Notes under the pieces: generated by a model | Told to the model about the DNA's origin: nothing | The model's database searches: none | Seen by the model: the letters and a program-made list of their open reading frames with translations, nothing else | Assembly (NCBI RefSeq): GCF_016903815.1 | Contig: NZ_CP069973.1 | From: Escherichia coli | Lineage (GTDB): Bacteria > Pseudomonadota > Gammaproteobacteria > Enterobacterales > Enterobacteriaceae | Reading direction: 5' to 3' (one strand) | Length of the DNA stretch: 64,000 nucleotides | Shown here: positions 1-7,719 of the stretch, piece after piece | Layout of the letters: each line of letters opens with the position of its first letter | Numbering within the stretch: position 1 is the first letter of the stretch | Made by a program: the position numbers and the translations under genes

Positions 1-219
1 GCTGGCGGACACTGTACCGGCAAAATCAATGCCTGGCACCATTGGAAAGTGCCGGACGATAGGCCCGCGGCCCGTAATAGCCAGTGCGTCTTTGTAGTTG
101 ATAGATGAACAGTCGACATTGACCTCCACATCCCCCTGTGGCAGCTCGCTTTCAGCGATTTCAGCAATTTGGGCACTGTGGCGGTCATCCATCTTACTGA
201 TTAATAATGATTTAAACAT
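1..219 (-). CDS. YhdH/AcuI-like NADPH-dependent oxidoreductase (MDR superfamily). Only the N-terminal 73 codons are present; the gene continues past the left window edge.
   Basis: Hand translation of the minus strand from ATG (complement of 217-219) stays open to base 1: MFKSLLISKMDDRHSAQIAEIAESELPQGDVEVNVDCSSINYKDALAITGRGPIVRHFPMVPGIDFAGTVSAS. The NYKDALAITG...PMVPGIDFAGTV stretch matches my recollection of E. coli YhdH. It is missing from the ORF track because the window truncates it. Confidence 0.6.
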   Translation of the reverse strand, partial: MFKSLLISKMDDRHSAQIAEIAESELPQGDVEVNVDCSSINYKDALAITGRGPIVRHFPMVPGIDFAGTVSAS

Positions 220-872
220 TTTTTTTCTCGTCTTTCTGGTTTGATGTCATTGAGCTATAAAGTAGTCAATAAACAATATTGACCGATCGTCTAATAATCA
301 ACGCTGATATCCCAGTGTTTGTCAGAAAACAAGAATTGCTTTTCTTTTCATCAGGTTAAATCTATCTTTTTTGATTTATATCAAACCAGATTCGGTCTTC
401 AATTATATAGGCATCAATGTTAGCGGTCCTACAAGATACGCAGTCGATGCTTCAGGGCGTACTGATGAAATAAAACAAGTAGGCTGAGATTAGTTGGTCT
501 GCTCATCGCTCACAGCGGACCTTCAGCTTCGTTAGCCAAGCGCTGACATAGTTACCGATGTAGCGTGTTAATCTGTCGGGAGCATAGCCGAAATCACTTA
601 ATCCATTAGACTTCACCTAAAACTGCAAAAATTACCGTCTTTGTCACACTCACCGAGTTTAATCAAACTAACACTGTACATAGTGCGAACAAGAGCCAAC
701 CAGAAAGACTGTTCAGCATCAACAGTGAAGTTTTTCCCCGCCACTTCCCCGCAATTCCTCCGCAGTTTTCCCACTAGAGAGTTCGACACATCCCTTGCAT
801 ACCAACGCTTTGATTCAAATCTCGGTAGTGCATCCAATTAGTAGAATATGTGTTTTTCGATAAATGCTCCGA

Positions 873-1232
873 TCACTTTTTCGTGGATCTCAACTGAGCG
901 TGAGAAGCAGATTGTTTACGAGCCAACCGCTTAATGTGGGTGCGTAGCGTCAGATTATTACGCTCAATGCGTTGGGTGAATATTTTGCCGGTCAGATGCT
1001 TATTCTTCGGCACCACCCGGCCATAGCTGTCCCAGTCATCGCTGGTGAGCATGCCGATGTTGAAGGGTGTAAGCAGTGCCAGTAGCTCCCGGCACGTTTG
1101 ATTGGTTCGGGGACCAAAAGTGTAGGCCAGTACACCGCCTGTTTTGGTGTTGTACGCGTACCAGAGCCAGTGTAGCCGGGCTTTACTGCCAACGTAGCTC
1201 CATTGCTCATCAAGCTCGCAGATAAGCGCCAC
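873..1232 (-). pseudogene. insB: IS1 InsB' reading frame with a 3' frameshift
   Basis: The ORF reads ELDEQWSYVGSKARLHWLWYAYN...QRIERNNLTLRTHIKRLARK, then KQSASHAQLRSTKK*. The +1 frame from the same point reads TICFSRSVEIHEKVIGAFIEKHIFY*, which is the expected InsB-type C-terminus. This implies a 1-nt loss in the A-run (plus strand TTT at ~915-917). Confidence 0.75.
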
Positions 1233-1258
1233 ATCAGCATGGGCAACAGGCGAAGAAG

Positions 1259-1531
1259 TTATTTGCGTTGGCGCGAGTTTTTTAAAGTCCGGATGATGGT
1301 GTTAATACCAATTTTCAGTGTCCTGGCGGTATCGCGAACCCCGGCACCATTAAAGGCCATTTCAGTGATCATCTCTTTCATACCCGGCTTACGTGCTTGA
1401 TAAGTATAAGTGAGCTGAAACACACGGTGGCAGTCACGGCAGCGAAATCTGTCACGGCCTTTAGGGTTCTGACCATGGCGGTAAACCTGAGCTGACTGAC
1501 AACGGGGACAATGAATATTAACGCTGGCCAT
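1259..1531 (-). CDS. insA: IS1 InsA-like protein (divergent isoform)
   Basis: The 90-aa ORF MASVNIHCPRCQSAQVYRHGQNPKGRDRFRCRDCHRVFQLTYTYQARKPG... has the zinc-finger CxxC...CxxC plus HTH layout of IS1 InsA. It sits ~55 nt inside the IS end, as in IS1. Confidence 0.85.
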   Translation of the reverse strand: MASVNIHCPRCQSAQVYRHGQNPKGRDRFRCRDCHRVFQLTYTYQARKPGMKEMITEMAFNGAGVRDTARTLKIGINTIIRTLKNSRQRK

Positions 1532-1783
1532 GAGATAACCTCAAAAGCCCGTATTATACATCAGATTCAACCAATTAGAGGCATCACCCTTTCCTACATT
1601 CGTAGGACTTTGATTACATATAGCAAGGGTTAATTCTTATATACATAGAATAAATTAGGAATATAATGAATTTTATCGTGACGACCTTATTTATAATTAA
1701 TTTATATCGTCAGAGAAATTAGTGTCCACAACATGAAGCCTTACAAAGAGATTCTATGATTTAAAAAAAATAAGAGCCAGCTT

Positions 1784-3253
1784 ATGCATATCGATTCGAC
1801 TGAAAAAAATAATAAACAAAAGTTGGGCTTGCTTGCGCTAACATCCATTGTCGTGAGCTCGATGATCGGCAGCGGCGTTGACGGACTCCCCCAGAATATG
1901 GCGGAGAATTCTGCCGTGGGCCCGGTGGCGATAGCATGGATAGTCTGTGGTATCGGCATGTTTTTCATCTCCAGAACTTTTATCGTGCTGTCAAACATTA
2001 GACCTGATCTCCAGTCAGGAGTTTATATGTATGCCCGGGAAGGGTTCGGCCGATTTACGGCATTTAACGTCGCCTGGGGCTACTGGCTGATGACTATATT
2101 CAGCAACGTCGCCTTTGCCATTATGGTGATGGATACGCTGAATTATTTCTTACCAGGTGATTTCAAGGGAGGGAACAATATTCCTTCCGTTATCGGTGCC
2201 TCTTTGCTGATATGGGGATTCAACTTTTTAGTCCTCTCCGGTACCCGCATTGCCGGGTCGATTAACATCGTCGGCACGCTGGCCAAACTGATCCCGCTGG
2301 TGGCCTTTATTATTATTCTCATGCTGTTTATGAAGTACACCACGTTCGCAGATAACGTCTGGGGGCACAGCGCGAGTAAGGCCAGTCAGGACCTAGGCTC
2401 TATTTTCTCACAGGTAACTTCACCGCTTAGCGTGGCACTCTGGAGCTTCATCGGCGTTGAGGGGGCTGTCGCTCTTTCCGGTCGGGCCAAAAATAAACGC
2501 GACGTGGGTAAAGCCACATTCATTGGCTTCGTTGTATCACTGATTATCTGTCTGCTGGTCTCCATCCTGCCGTTTGGCGTGCTGACTCAACATGAGCTCA
2601 GCGCAATTCCAACCCCATCCACCGCCGGTATTCTGAAGATTGTTGTCGGTGAATGGGGGAAGATTATGATTATCTTGGGGGTGCTGATTTCGGTGCTTAC
2701 CAGCTGGCTGGCGTGGACCATCATCTGCGCCGAACTGCCTATGGTGGCCGCGCAGAACGGCACATTCCCGAAACCGTTCAGCAAAAAAAATGTGAAGGGT
2801 TCGGCCTCGGTTTCGCTTTATATAAGCAGTGCGTTTATGCAAATCGTCGTACTTCTGGTCTACTTTTCTAACGATGCCTGGCTTGCAATGCTGGCTATCT
2901 CTACCCTGACCGTTTTACCTGCGTATTTAATGACCACGGCATACCTGTTTAAACTATGTATTAGCGGCGAGTATGCCAGCTATACCACGAATCACAGCCG
3001 CAGCGCCGCGCTGGTCAGCAGTATTATCGGCTTTGTATTCTGCCTGTTTATGTTCTACGCCAGTGAAATCAAATATCTGGCGATGGTTCCGGTGCTGCTT
3101 ACGCTGGGCGTGCCCCTGTTTATCTGGGCAAGAAAAAAAGACGATCGCGCAGATAAAATATTTACGCTACGCGAACTGGCATTTTTTATTTTACTGCTGG
3201 TCCTCGACATCATTGTTTTTATTCTACTGCATTATAAAACGATACATTTTTAG
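1784..3253 (+). CDS. APC-superfamily basic amino acid/polyamine antiporter, ArcD/YdgI-like (paralog 1)
   Basis: A 489-aa polytopic hydrophobic protein. The motifs KLGLLALTSIVVSSMIGSGV.GLPQN, GVYMYAREGFG and LWSFIGVEGAVALSGRAKNKRDVGKAT closely parallel E. coli YdgI / ArcD as I recall them. It is co-directional with the decarboxylase 104 nt downstream. Confidence 0.85.
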   Translation: MHIDSTEKNNKQKLGLLALTSIVVSSMIGSGVDGLPQNMAENSAVGPVAIAWIVCGIGMFFISRTFIVLSNIRPDLQSGVYMYAREGFGRFTAFNVAWGYWLMTIFSNVAFAIMVMDTLNYFLPGDFKGGNNIPSVIGASLLIWGFNFLVLSGTRIAGSINIVGTLAKLIPLVAFIIILMLFMKYTTFADNVWGHSASKASQDLGSIFSQVTSPLSVALWSFIGVEGAVALSGRAKNKRDVGKATFIGFVVSLIICLLVSILPFGVLTQHELSAIPTPSTAGILKIVVGEWGKIMIILGVLISVLTSWLAWTIICAELPMVAAQNGTFPKPFSKKNVKGSASVSLYISSAFMQIVVLLVYFSNDAWLAMLAISTLTVLPAYLMTTAYLFKLCISGEYASYTTNHSRSAALVSSIIGFVFCLFMFYASEIKYLAMVPVLLTLGVPLFIWARKKDDRADKIFTLRELAFFILLLVLDIIVFILLHYKTIHF

Positions 3254-3357
3254 TCCAGATTAATTCACAGCAAGTTAAGGTGACGATAATGTCTGTTTCT
3301 TGGGCATGACATCCTCACAGTTAAATACTATCTGAACAGTAACAGTGGAGACACCTA

Positions 3358-5727
3358 ATGAAATTTAACCACAATCTTTTATTTATTTCCTCACAATATC
3401 TTGATGGCGACAACCCTTCGCAGCAGGTACTGGAAGAGCTTCAAACCGAACTCGCGGAACGCGGTTTTAAAATTCATATCACGCACCAGATCTCTGATGG
3501 ATTAAAAATCATCGAAAAAAGCCCCCAATACAGCGGGATTGGTTTTTACTGGGAGCCAGACAATCCGACCTTTGCAGAAGAGCTACAGCACTTTATCAGC
3601 ATATTCCGCAAAAGAAATGCCACGACGCCGCTGATAATTTTCTCAGAACAGAATATTACCGATCGTATCCCACTCGACGTCTTAAAAGAGGTCAGCGAAT
3701 ATGTTTATCTGTTCTCTGAATCCGCAGCCTTCACTGCCAATCGACTGTACTCCTTAGTCCACCGCTATGCGGATAAGCTTCTTCCTCCCTACTTTAAAAC
3801 CCTTAAGGACTTTACCGAGGACGGTGACTATTACTGGGACTGCCCGGGGCATATGGGGGGAATGGCCTATCTGAAACATCCTGTTGGCATTGAGTTCATT
3901 AACTTCTTTGGCGAAAACATGATGCGCGCTGATATTGGCGTGGCTACCGCGGAGATGGGGGATTATCTGATCCACGCCGGACCGCCTAAAAAATCGGAAG
4001 AAATTGCGGCCCGACTGTTTGGCTCTGATTGGACCTTCTACGGTGTTTCCGGCTCATCGGGGTCGAACCGTATTGTGGCCCAGGCTGCGGTTGGCGCAGA
4101 TGAAATTGCCATTATTGACCGAAATTGCCACAAGTCACTTAATCATGGCCTGACCTTGTCTCAGGCAAGGCCGGTTTACCTGAAACCTACCCGCAACGCG
4201 TGGGGGCTGATTGGGCCTATCCCGACCGGACGCCTGAAGAAGGCCAGTATTGATGCGCTGGTGGCAAACAGCCGACTGGCATCTGGTGCGGTCAGCCAGT
4301 CCCCGTCCTACGCCGTGGTAACCAACTGCACCTATGATGGCTTCTGTTATAACGTGAACGATGTAGTCAGACACCTGGGTGAAAGCGCACCGCGCATCCA
4401 TTTTGATGAAGCATGGTATGCCTATGCGCGTTTCCATCCGCTATACCAGAGTCGCTATGCAATGGACGCGGAGGAAACGCCAAATCGTCCAACCCTATTC
4501 GCCGTACAGTCCACCCATAAAATGCTGCCCTCACTCTCCATGGCCTCAATGATTCATGTGAAGAAAAGCGATCGCGCGCCGCTTAATTTCGATGACTTTA
4601 ACGATGCCTTTATGATGCACGGCACGACCTCACCCTACTACCCGATCATTGCATCAATTGATGTGGCAGTAAGCATGATGGAGGGTGAATCCGGTTATTC
4701 GCTTGTGCAGGAGTCAATTGAAGAAGCGATTGCCTTCCGTAAAGCCGTGGTCAGCGTCAAGCGCCAGCTCCAGGAGCAGGAAGGTGGTGACGCCTGGTTC
4801 TTCGATGTGCTTCAGCCAACCGAAGTGCAGGACAGCGATTCTGGGCAGCGATACAGTTTTGAAGAGGCACCCGTATCGCTGCTGAGCCACAGCGCCGACT
4901 GCTGGTCGCTGCGCTCCGGTGAGCGCTGGCACGGTTTTGCCGATGATGATCTGGTCGAAACCAACAGTATGCTCGATCCAGTAAAAGTGACCCTGACTTG
5001 TCCAGGGATCGGCCCGAAGGGAGAATACCAGAAAAACGGTATTCCGGGATATTTGCTGACCCGTTTTCTCGATGACCGTCGCATTGAAATTGCCCGTACT
5101 GGTGACTACACCGTGCTGATCCTGTTCTCCGTCGGCATCACCAAAGGCAAATGGGGAACTCTGATTGAAAGCCTGCTGGCCTTTAAAAAGCATTACGACA
5201 ATGACGATCTGGCCACAGATGCTATCCCGTCGCTGAAAGCGCATTCTCCACACTACGACACGCTAACCCTCAAGGAGCTATGTCAGATAATGCATGAAAA
5301 AATGGATGAGCTGGAGCTGATGTCGCATATCAACGACGCGGTAAACACCGATCCGGAACCAGTTATGACCCCGGCAGAAGCCTATCAGAAAGTCGTACGC
5401 TACAAAACCGAGCATATCCGGCTGGATGATTTTAGCGGCAGAATTGCCGCCAGCATGCTCGTCCCATATCCCCCAGGCATTCCTGTACTGATGCCGGGCG
5501 AACGGATGCCGCAAGGTAACAAGGGCATTATTGGCTATCTGCGCGCCCTGCAGGAATTCGATAAGCAATTCCCAGGTTTTGAACATGAGATCCAGGGCGT
5601 TAACGTCGATGAAGACGGGGACTTCTGGGTCAGAGCGATTGTGGAAGAAGAACGCGATGGGCAGTCGCTACCCGGCCACATAACCTTTAAACGCCAGGTC
5701 TCTGGTATTAAAAAGGGCCGCCAGTAG
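3358..5727 (+). CDS. Wing-domain PLP-dependent Orn/Lys/Arg decarboxylase (fold type I), AdiA-like; substrate unknown
   Basis: A 789-aa ORF with a GGAG SD 9 nt upstream. Family motifs are DRNCHKS, VVTNCTYDG, IHFDEAWYAYARF, QSTHKML (PLP lysine), VPYPPGIP and FPGFEHE. Overall colinearity with AdiA (755 aa) is from memory, and the C-terminus is ~25 aa longer. Confidence 0.9.
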   Translation: MKFNHNLLFISSQYLDGDNPSQQVLEELQTELAERGFKIHITHQISDGLKIIEKSPQYSGIGFYWEPDNPTFAEELQHFISIFRKRNATTPLIIFSEQNITDRIPLDVLKEVSEYVYLFSESAAFTANRLYSLVHRYADKLLPPYFKTLKDFTEDGDYYWDCPGHMGGMAYLKHPVGIEFINFFGENMMRADIGVATAEMGDYLIHAGPPKKSEEIAARLFGSDWTFYGVSGSSGSNRIVAQAAVGADEIAIIDRNCHKSLNHGLTLSQARPVYLKPTRNAWGLIGPIPTGRLKKASIDALVANSRLASGAVSQSPSYAVVTNCTYDGFCYNVNDVVRHLGESAPRIHFDEAWYAYARFHPLYQSRYAMDAEETPNRPTLFAVQSTHKMLPSLSMASMIHVKKSDRAPLNFDDFNDAFMMHGTTSPYYPIIASIDVAVSMMEGESGYSLVQESIEEAIAFRKAVVSVKRQLQEQEGGDAWFFDVLQPTEVQDSDSGQRYSFEEAPVSLLSHSADCWSLRSGERWHGFADDDLVETNSMLDPVKVTLTCPGIGPKGEYQKNGIPGYLLTRFLDDRRIEIARTGDYTVLILFSVGITKGKWGTLIESLLAFKKHYDNDDLATDAIPSLKAHSPHYDTLTLKELCQIMHEKMDELELMSHINDAVNTDPEPVMTPAEAYQKVVRYKTEHIRLDDFSGRIAASMLVPYPPGIPVLMPGERMPQGNKGIIGYLRALQEFDKQFPGFEHEIQGVNVDEDGDFWVRAIVEEERDGQSLPGHITFKRQVSGIKKGRQ

Positions 5728-5801
5728 GCGGGGGAAAGAACAATACCGTCGGATCGCCTGCAATCCGACGGCAATATTATAGAATAGCTGAGGGAAACGT
5801 T

Positions 5802-7301
5802 ATGGCAGAGCAATCTTCAGATGTAAAAAATAGTGACAATAGCGCCGGAGGACATAAGCTGGGGCTTATATCCCTCATCGCTATTGTCGTTAGCTCCATG
5901 CTGGGAGGCGGCGTTTTCAGTCTGCCGCAAAACACGGCGGCCTCTTCTGCACTAGGGCCAGTAATCATTGCATGGATTATTGCCGGGATCGGTATTTATT
6001 TTATCGCAAACTCCTTTCGCGTACTATCAGATCTGCGCCCGGACCTTCAGGCTGGAGTGTATATGTATGCCCAGGAAGGTTTTGGTTCCTTTATTGGCTT
6101 TAACGTCGCCTGGGGCTACTGGCTGATGACCGCATTTGGCAACGTTGCCTTTGCGGTAATTTTAATGGATGCTTTTAATCAGTTTATGCCGGGGGTTTTT
6201 ACGGATGGTAATAATCTGAACTCCATTATCTGCGGCTCAGTGCTGATCTGGGGCTATAATTTTCTTGTTCTGTCCGGGACGAAAGTGGCCGGATTTGTTA
6301 ACACCTTGGGAACCATCGCCAAGCTCGTCCCTCTGATCCTATTCGTATTACTGCTGGGTGTGCTGATCGATTATTCGGACCTGTTTAAAAACTTTTGGGG
6401 AGAATCACCCGCGATCCTCAGTGGCAACGGAAATGACGCCGCACCAGTATCGCTGCTGTCTCAGATTCTGGCACCGATGACCGTAACGCTCTGGGCCTTT
6501 ATTGGCGTCGAGGGAGCGGTTGTTCTATCCGGACGTGCCAAAAATAAACAGGACGTAGGGAAAGCCACACTGATCGGCTTTCTGCTGGCGCTAATTATTT
6601 ATATGTTAATGTCCATTCTGCCGTTCGGTGTAATGCCTCAGGCAGAACTAGCGCAGGTCAGTAACCCCTCTACCGCAGGCGTGCTCGCCCACGTTGTCGG
6701 TCAGTGGGGCGACTGGCTGATGAGCGCGGGGCTGATTATTTCTGTTCTGGCCGGCTGGCTTGCCTGGACCATGCTATGCGCTGAAATACCGATGGTAGCA
6801 GGACAGAAAGGCGCTTTCCCGCGCGCGTTTGCCCGAACGAACAGTAAACAGGCGGCCAATGTGTCACTGTGGGTTAGTAGCTTTGTGATGCAGGCGGCCA
6901 TGTTACTTGTTTATTTTTCAAATAATGCTTGGACCACCATGTATAATATCAGTGCGCTGATGGTTGTTCCGGCCTATATTACCACCACGCTGTATCTGAC
7001 CAGTATTTGCAGAAACGGAAAATATGATCAGTATGCAAAAAAAGGCCGCAGGCTGGCTTTGTCCAGCGGTGTTTTAGGCTCGCTATTCTGTCTGTTTATT
7101 CTTTACGCCAGCCAGATTGAGTATGTTGCATTAATTCCTATCCTGTTGACCTGTGGTCTGCCGGTCTTTATCTGGTCAAGAAAAGAAAAAAATGATGGTC
7201 AGCCGATATTTACCAAAAAAGAGCTGATTTATCTGATTATGCTGTTGCTGTGCGATATTATCGTCGTTGCCCTGTTTATTGGTGGATATTTAAAGGTATA
7301 A
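5802..7301 (+). CDS. APC-superfamily basic amino acid/polyamine antiporter, ArcD/YdgI-like (paralog 2)
   Basis: A 499-aa polytopic protein with a GAGGGA SD. It has the canonical KLGLISLIAIVVSSMLGGGVFSLPQN TM1 motif and LWAFIGVEGAVVLSGRAKNKQDVGKAT. By eye it is clearly paralogous to the 1784-3253 product but well diverged. Confidence 0.85.
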   Translation: MAEQSSDVKNSDNSAGGHKLGLISLIAIVVSSMLGGGVFSLPQNTAASSALGPVIIAWIIAGIGIYFIANSFRVLSDLRPDLQAGVYMYAQEGFGSFIGFNVAWGYWLMTAFGNVAFAVILMDAFNQFMPGVFTDGNNLNSIICGSVLIWGYNFLVLSGTKVAGFVNTLGTIAKLVPLILFVLLLGVLIDYSDLFKNFWGESPAILSGNGNDAAPVSLLSQILAPMTVTLWAFIGVEGAVVLSGRAKNKQDVGKATLIGFLLALIIYMLMSILPFGVMPQAELAQVSNPSTAGVLAHVVGQWGDWLMSAGLIISVLAGWLAWTMLCAEIPMVAGQKGAFPRAFARTNSKQAANVSLWVSSFVMQAAMLLVYFSNNAWTTMYNISALMVVPAYITTTLYLTSICRNGKYDQYAKKGRRLALSSGVLGSLFCLFILYASQIEYVALIPILLTCGLPVFIWSRKEKNDGQPIFTKKELIYLIMLLLCDIIVVALFIGGYLKV

Positions 7302-7443
7302 GTCCGAGTTAAATCTTTACTGGGCTAGTAATGCCGCCTTTTAAACAAGAAGGGCGGCAATCTTACTGAAATTAGTATGCTGCAAATCGGTAATGCTGCC
7401 AACTTACTGATTTAGTGTATGATGGTGATTTTAAGGTGCTTGC

Positions 7444-7719
7444 GTGGCTTCCATTTCCATCAGATGTCCTTCCTGCTCCGCTACTGAAGGCGTGGTGCGT
7501 AACGGCAAAAGCACTGCCGGACATCAGCGCTATCTCTGCTCTCACTGCCGTAAAACATGGCAACTGCAGTTCACTTACACCGCTTCTCAACCCGGTACGC
7601 ACCAGAAAATCATTGATATGGCCATGAATGGCGTTGGATGCCGGGCAACTGCCCGCATTATGGGCGTTGGCCTCAACACGATTTTACGTCACTTAAAAAA
7701 CTCAGGCCGCAGTCGGTAA
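7444..7719 (+). CDS. insA: IS1 InsA
   Basis: The 91-aa [94 protein letters not shown] is canonical InsA apart from two N-terminal substitutions. Confidence 0.95.
   Translation: MASISIRCPSCSATEGVVRNGKSTAGHQRYLCSHCRKTWQLQFTYTASQPGTHQKIIDMAMNGVGCRATARIMGVGLNTILRHLKNSGRSR

Larger units (their letters stand above)
824..1588 (-). mobile_element. IS1-family insertion sequence, divergent (IS1F-like) isoform, decayed copy
   Basis: A 765-bp unit bounded by imperfect inverted repeats GGTAGTGCATCCAATTAGTAG (from 824) and GGTGATGCCTCTAATTGGTTG (complement from 1588). It contains an insA-like ORF, a CTTTAAAAAACTC frameshift-type motif (minus strand, 1275-1287) and an insB' frame. The flanks (TCAAATCTC / CTTTCCTAC) are not direct repeats. 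Confidence 0.85.

Noticed and set aside
613-841. 74-aa (minus) and 66-aa (plus) ORFs at the outer edge of the decayed IS1
   Set aside because: The predicted starts lie inside the IS1 terminal repeat, so these are not genuine genes as drawn. The minus-strand frame is treated only as a possible truncated remnant (see the finding at 480-823).
7331-7358. Hairpin TGCCGCC-N14-GGCGGCA after the second antiporter gene, considered as the module terminator
   Set aside because: It has a 7-bp stem, a large loop and no T-run, which is too weak to call a terminator with confidence. It is noted only as a possibility.
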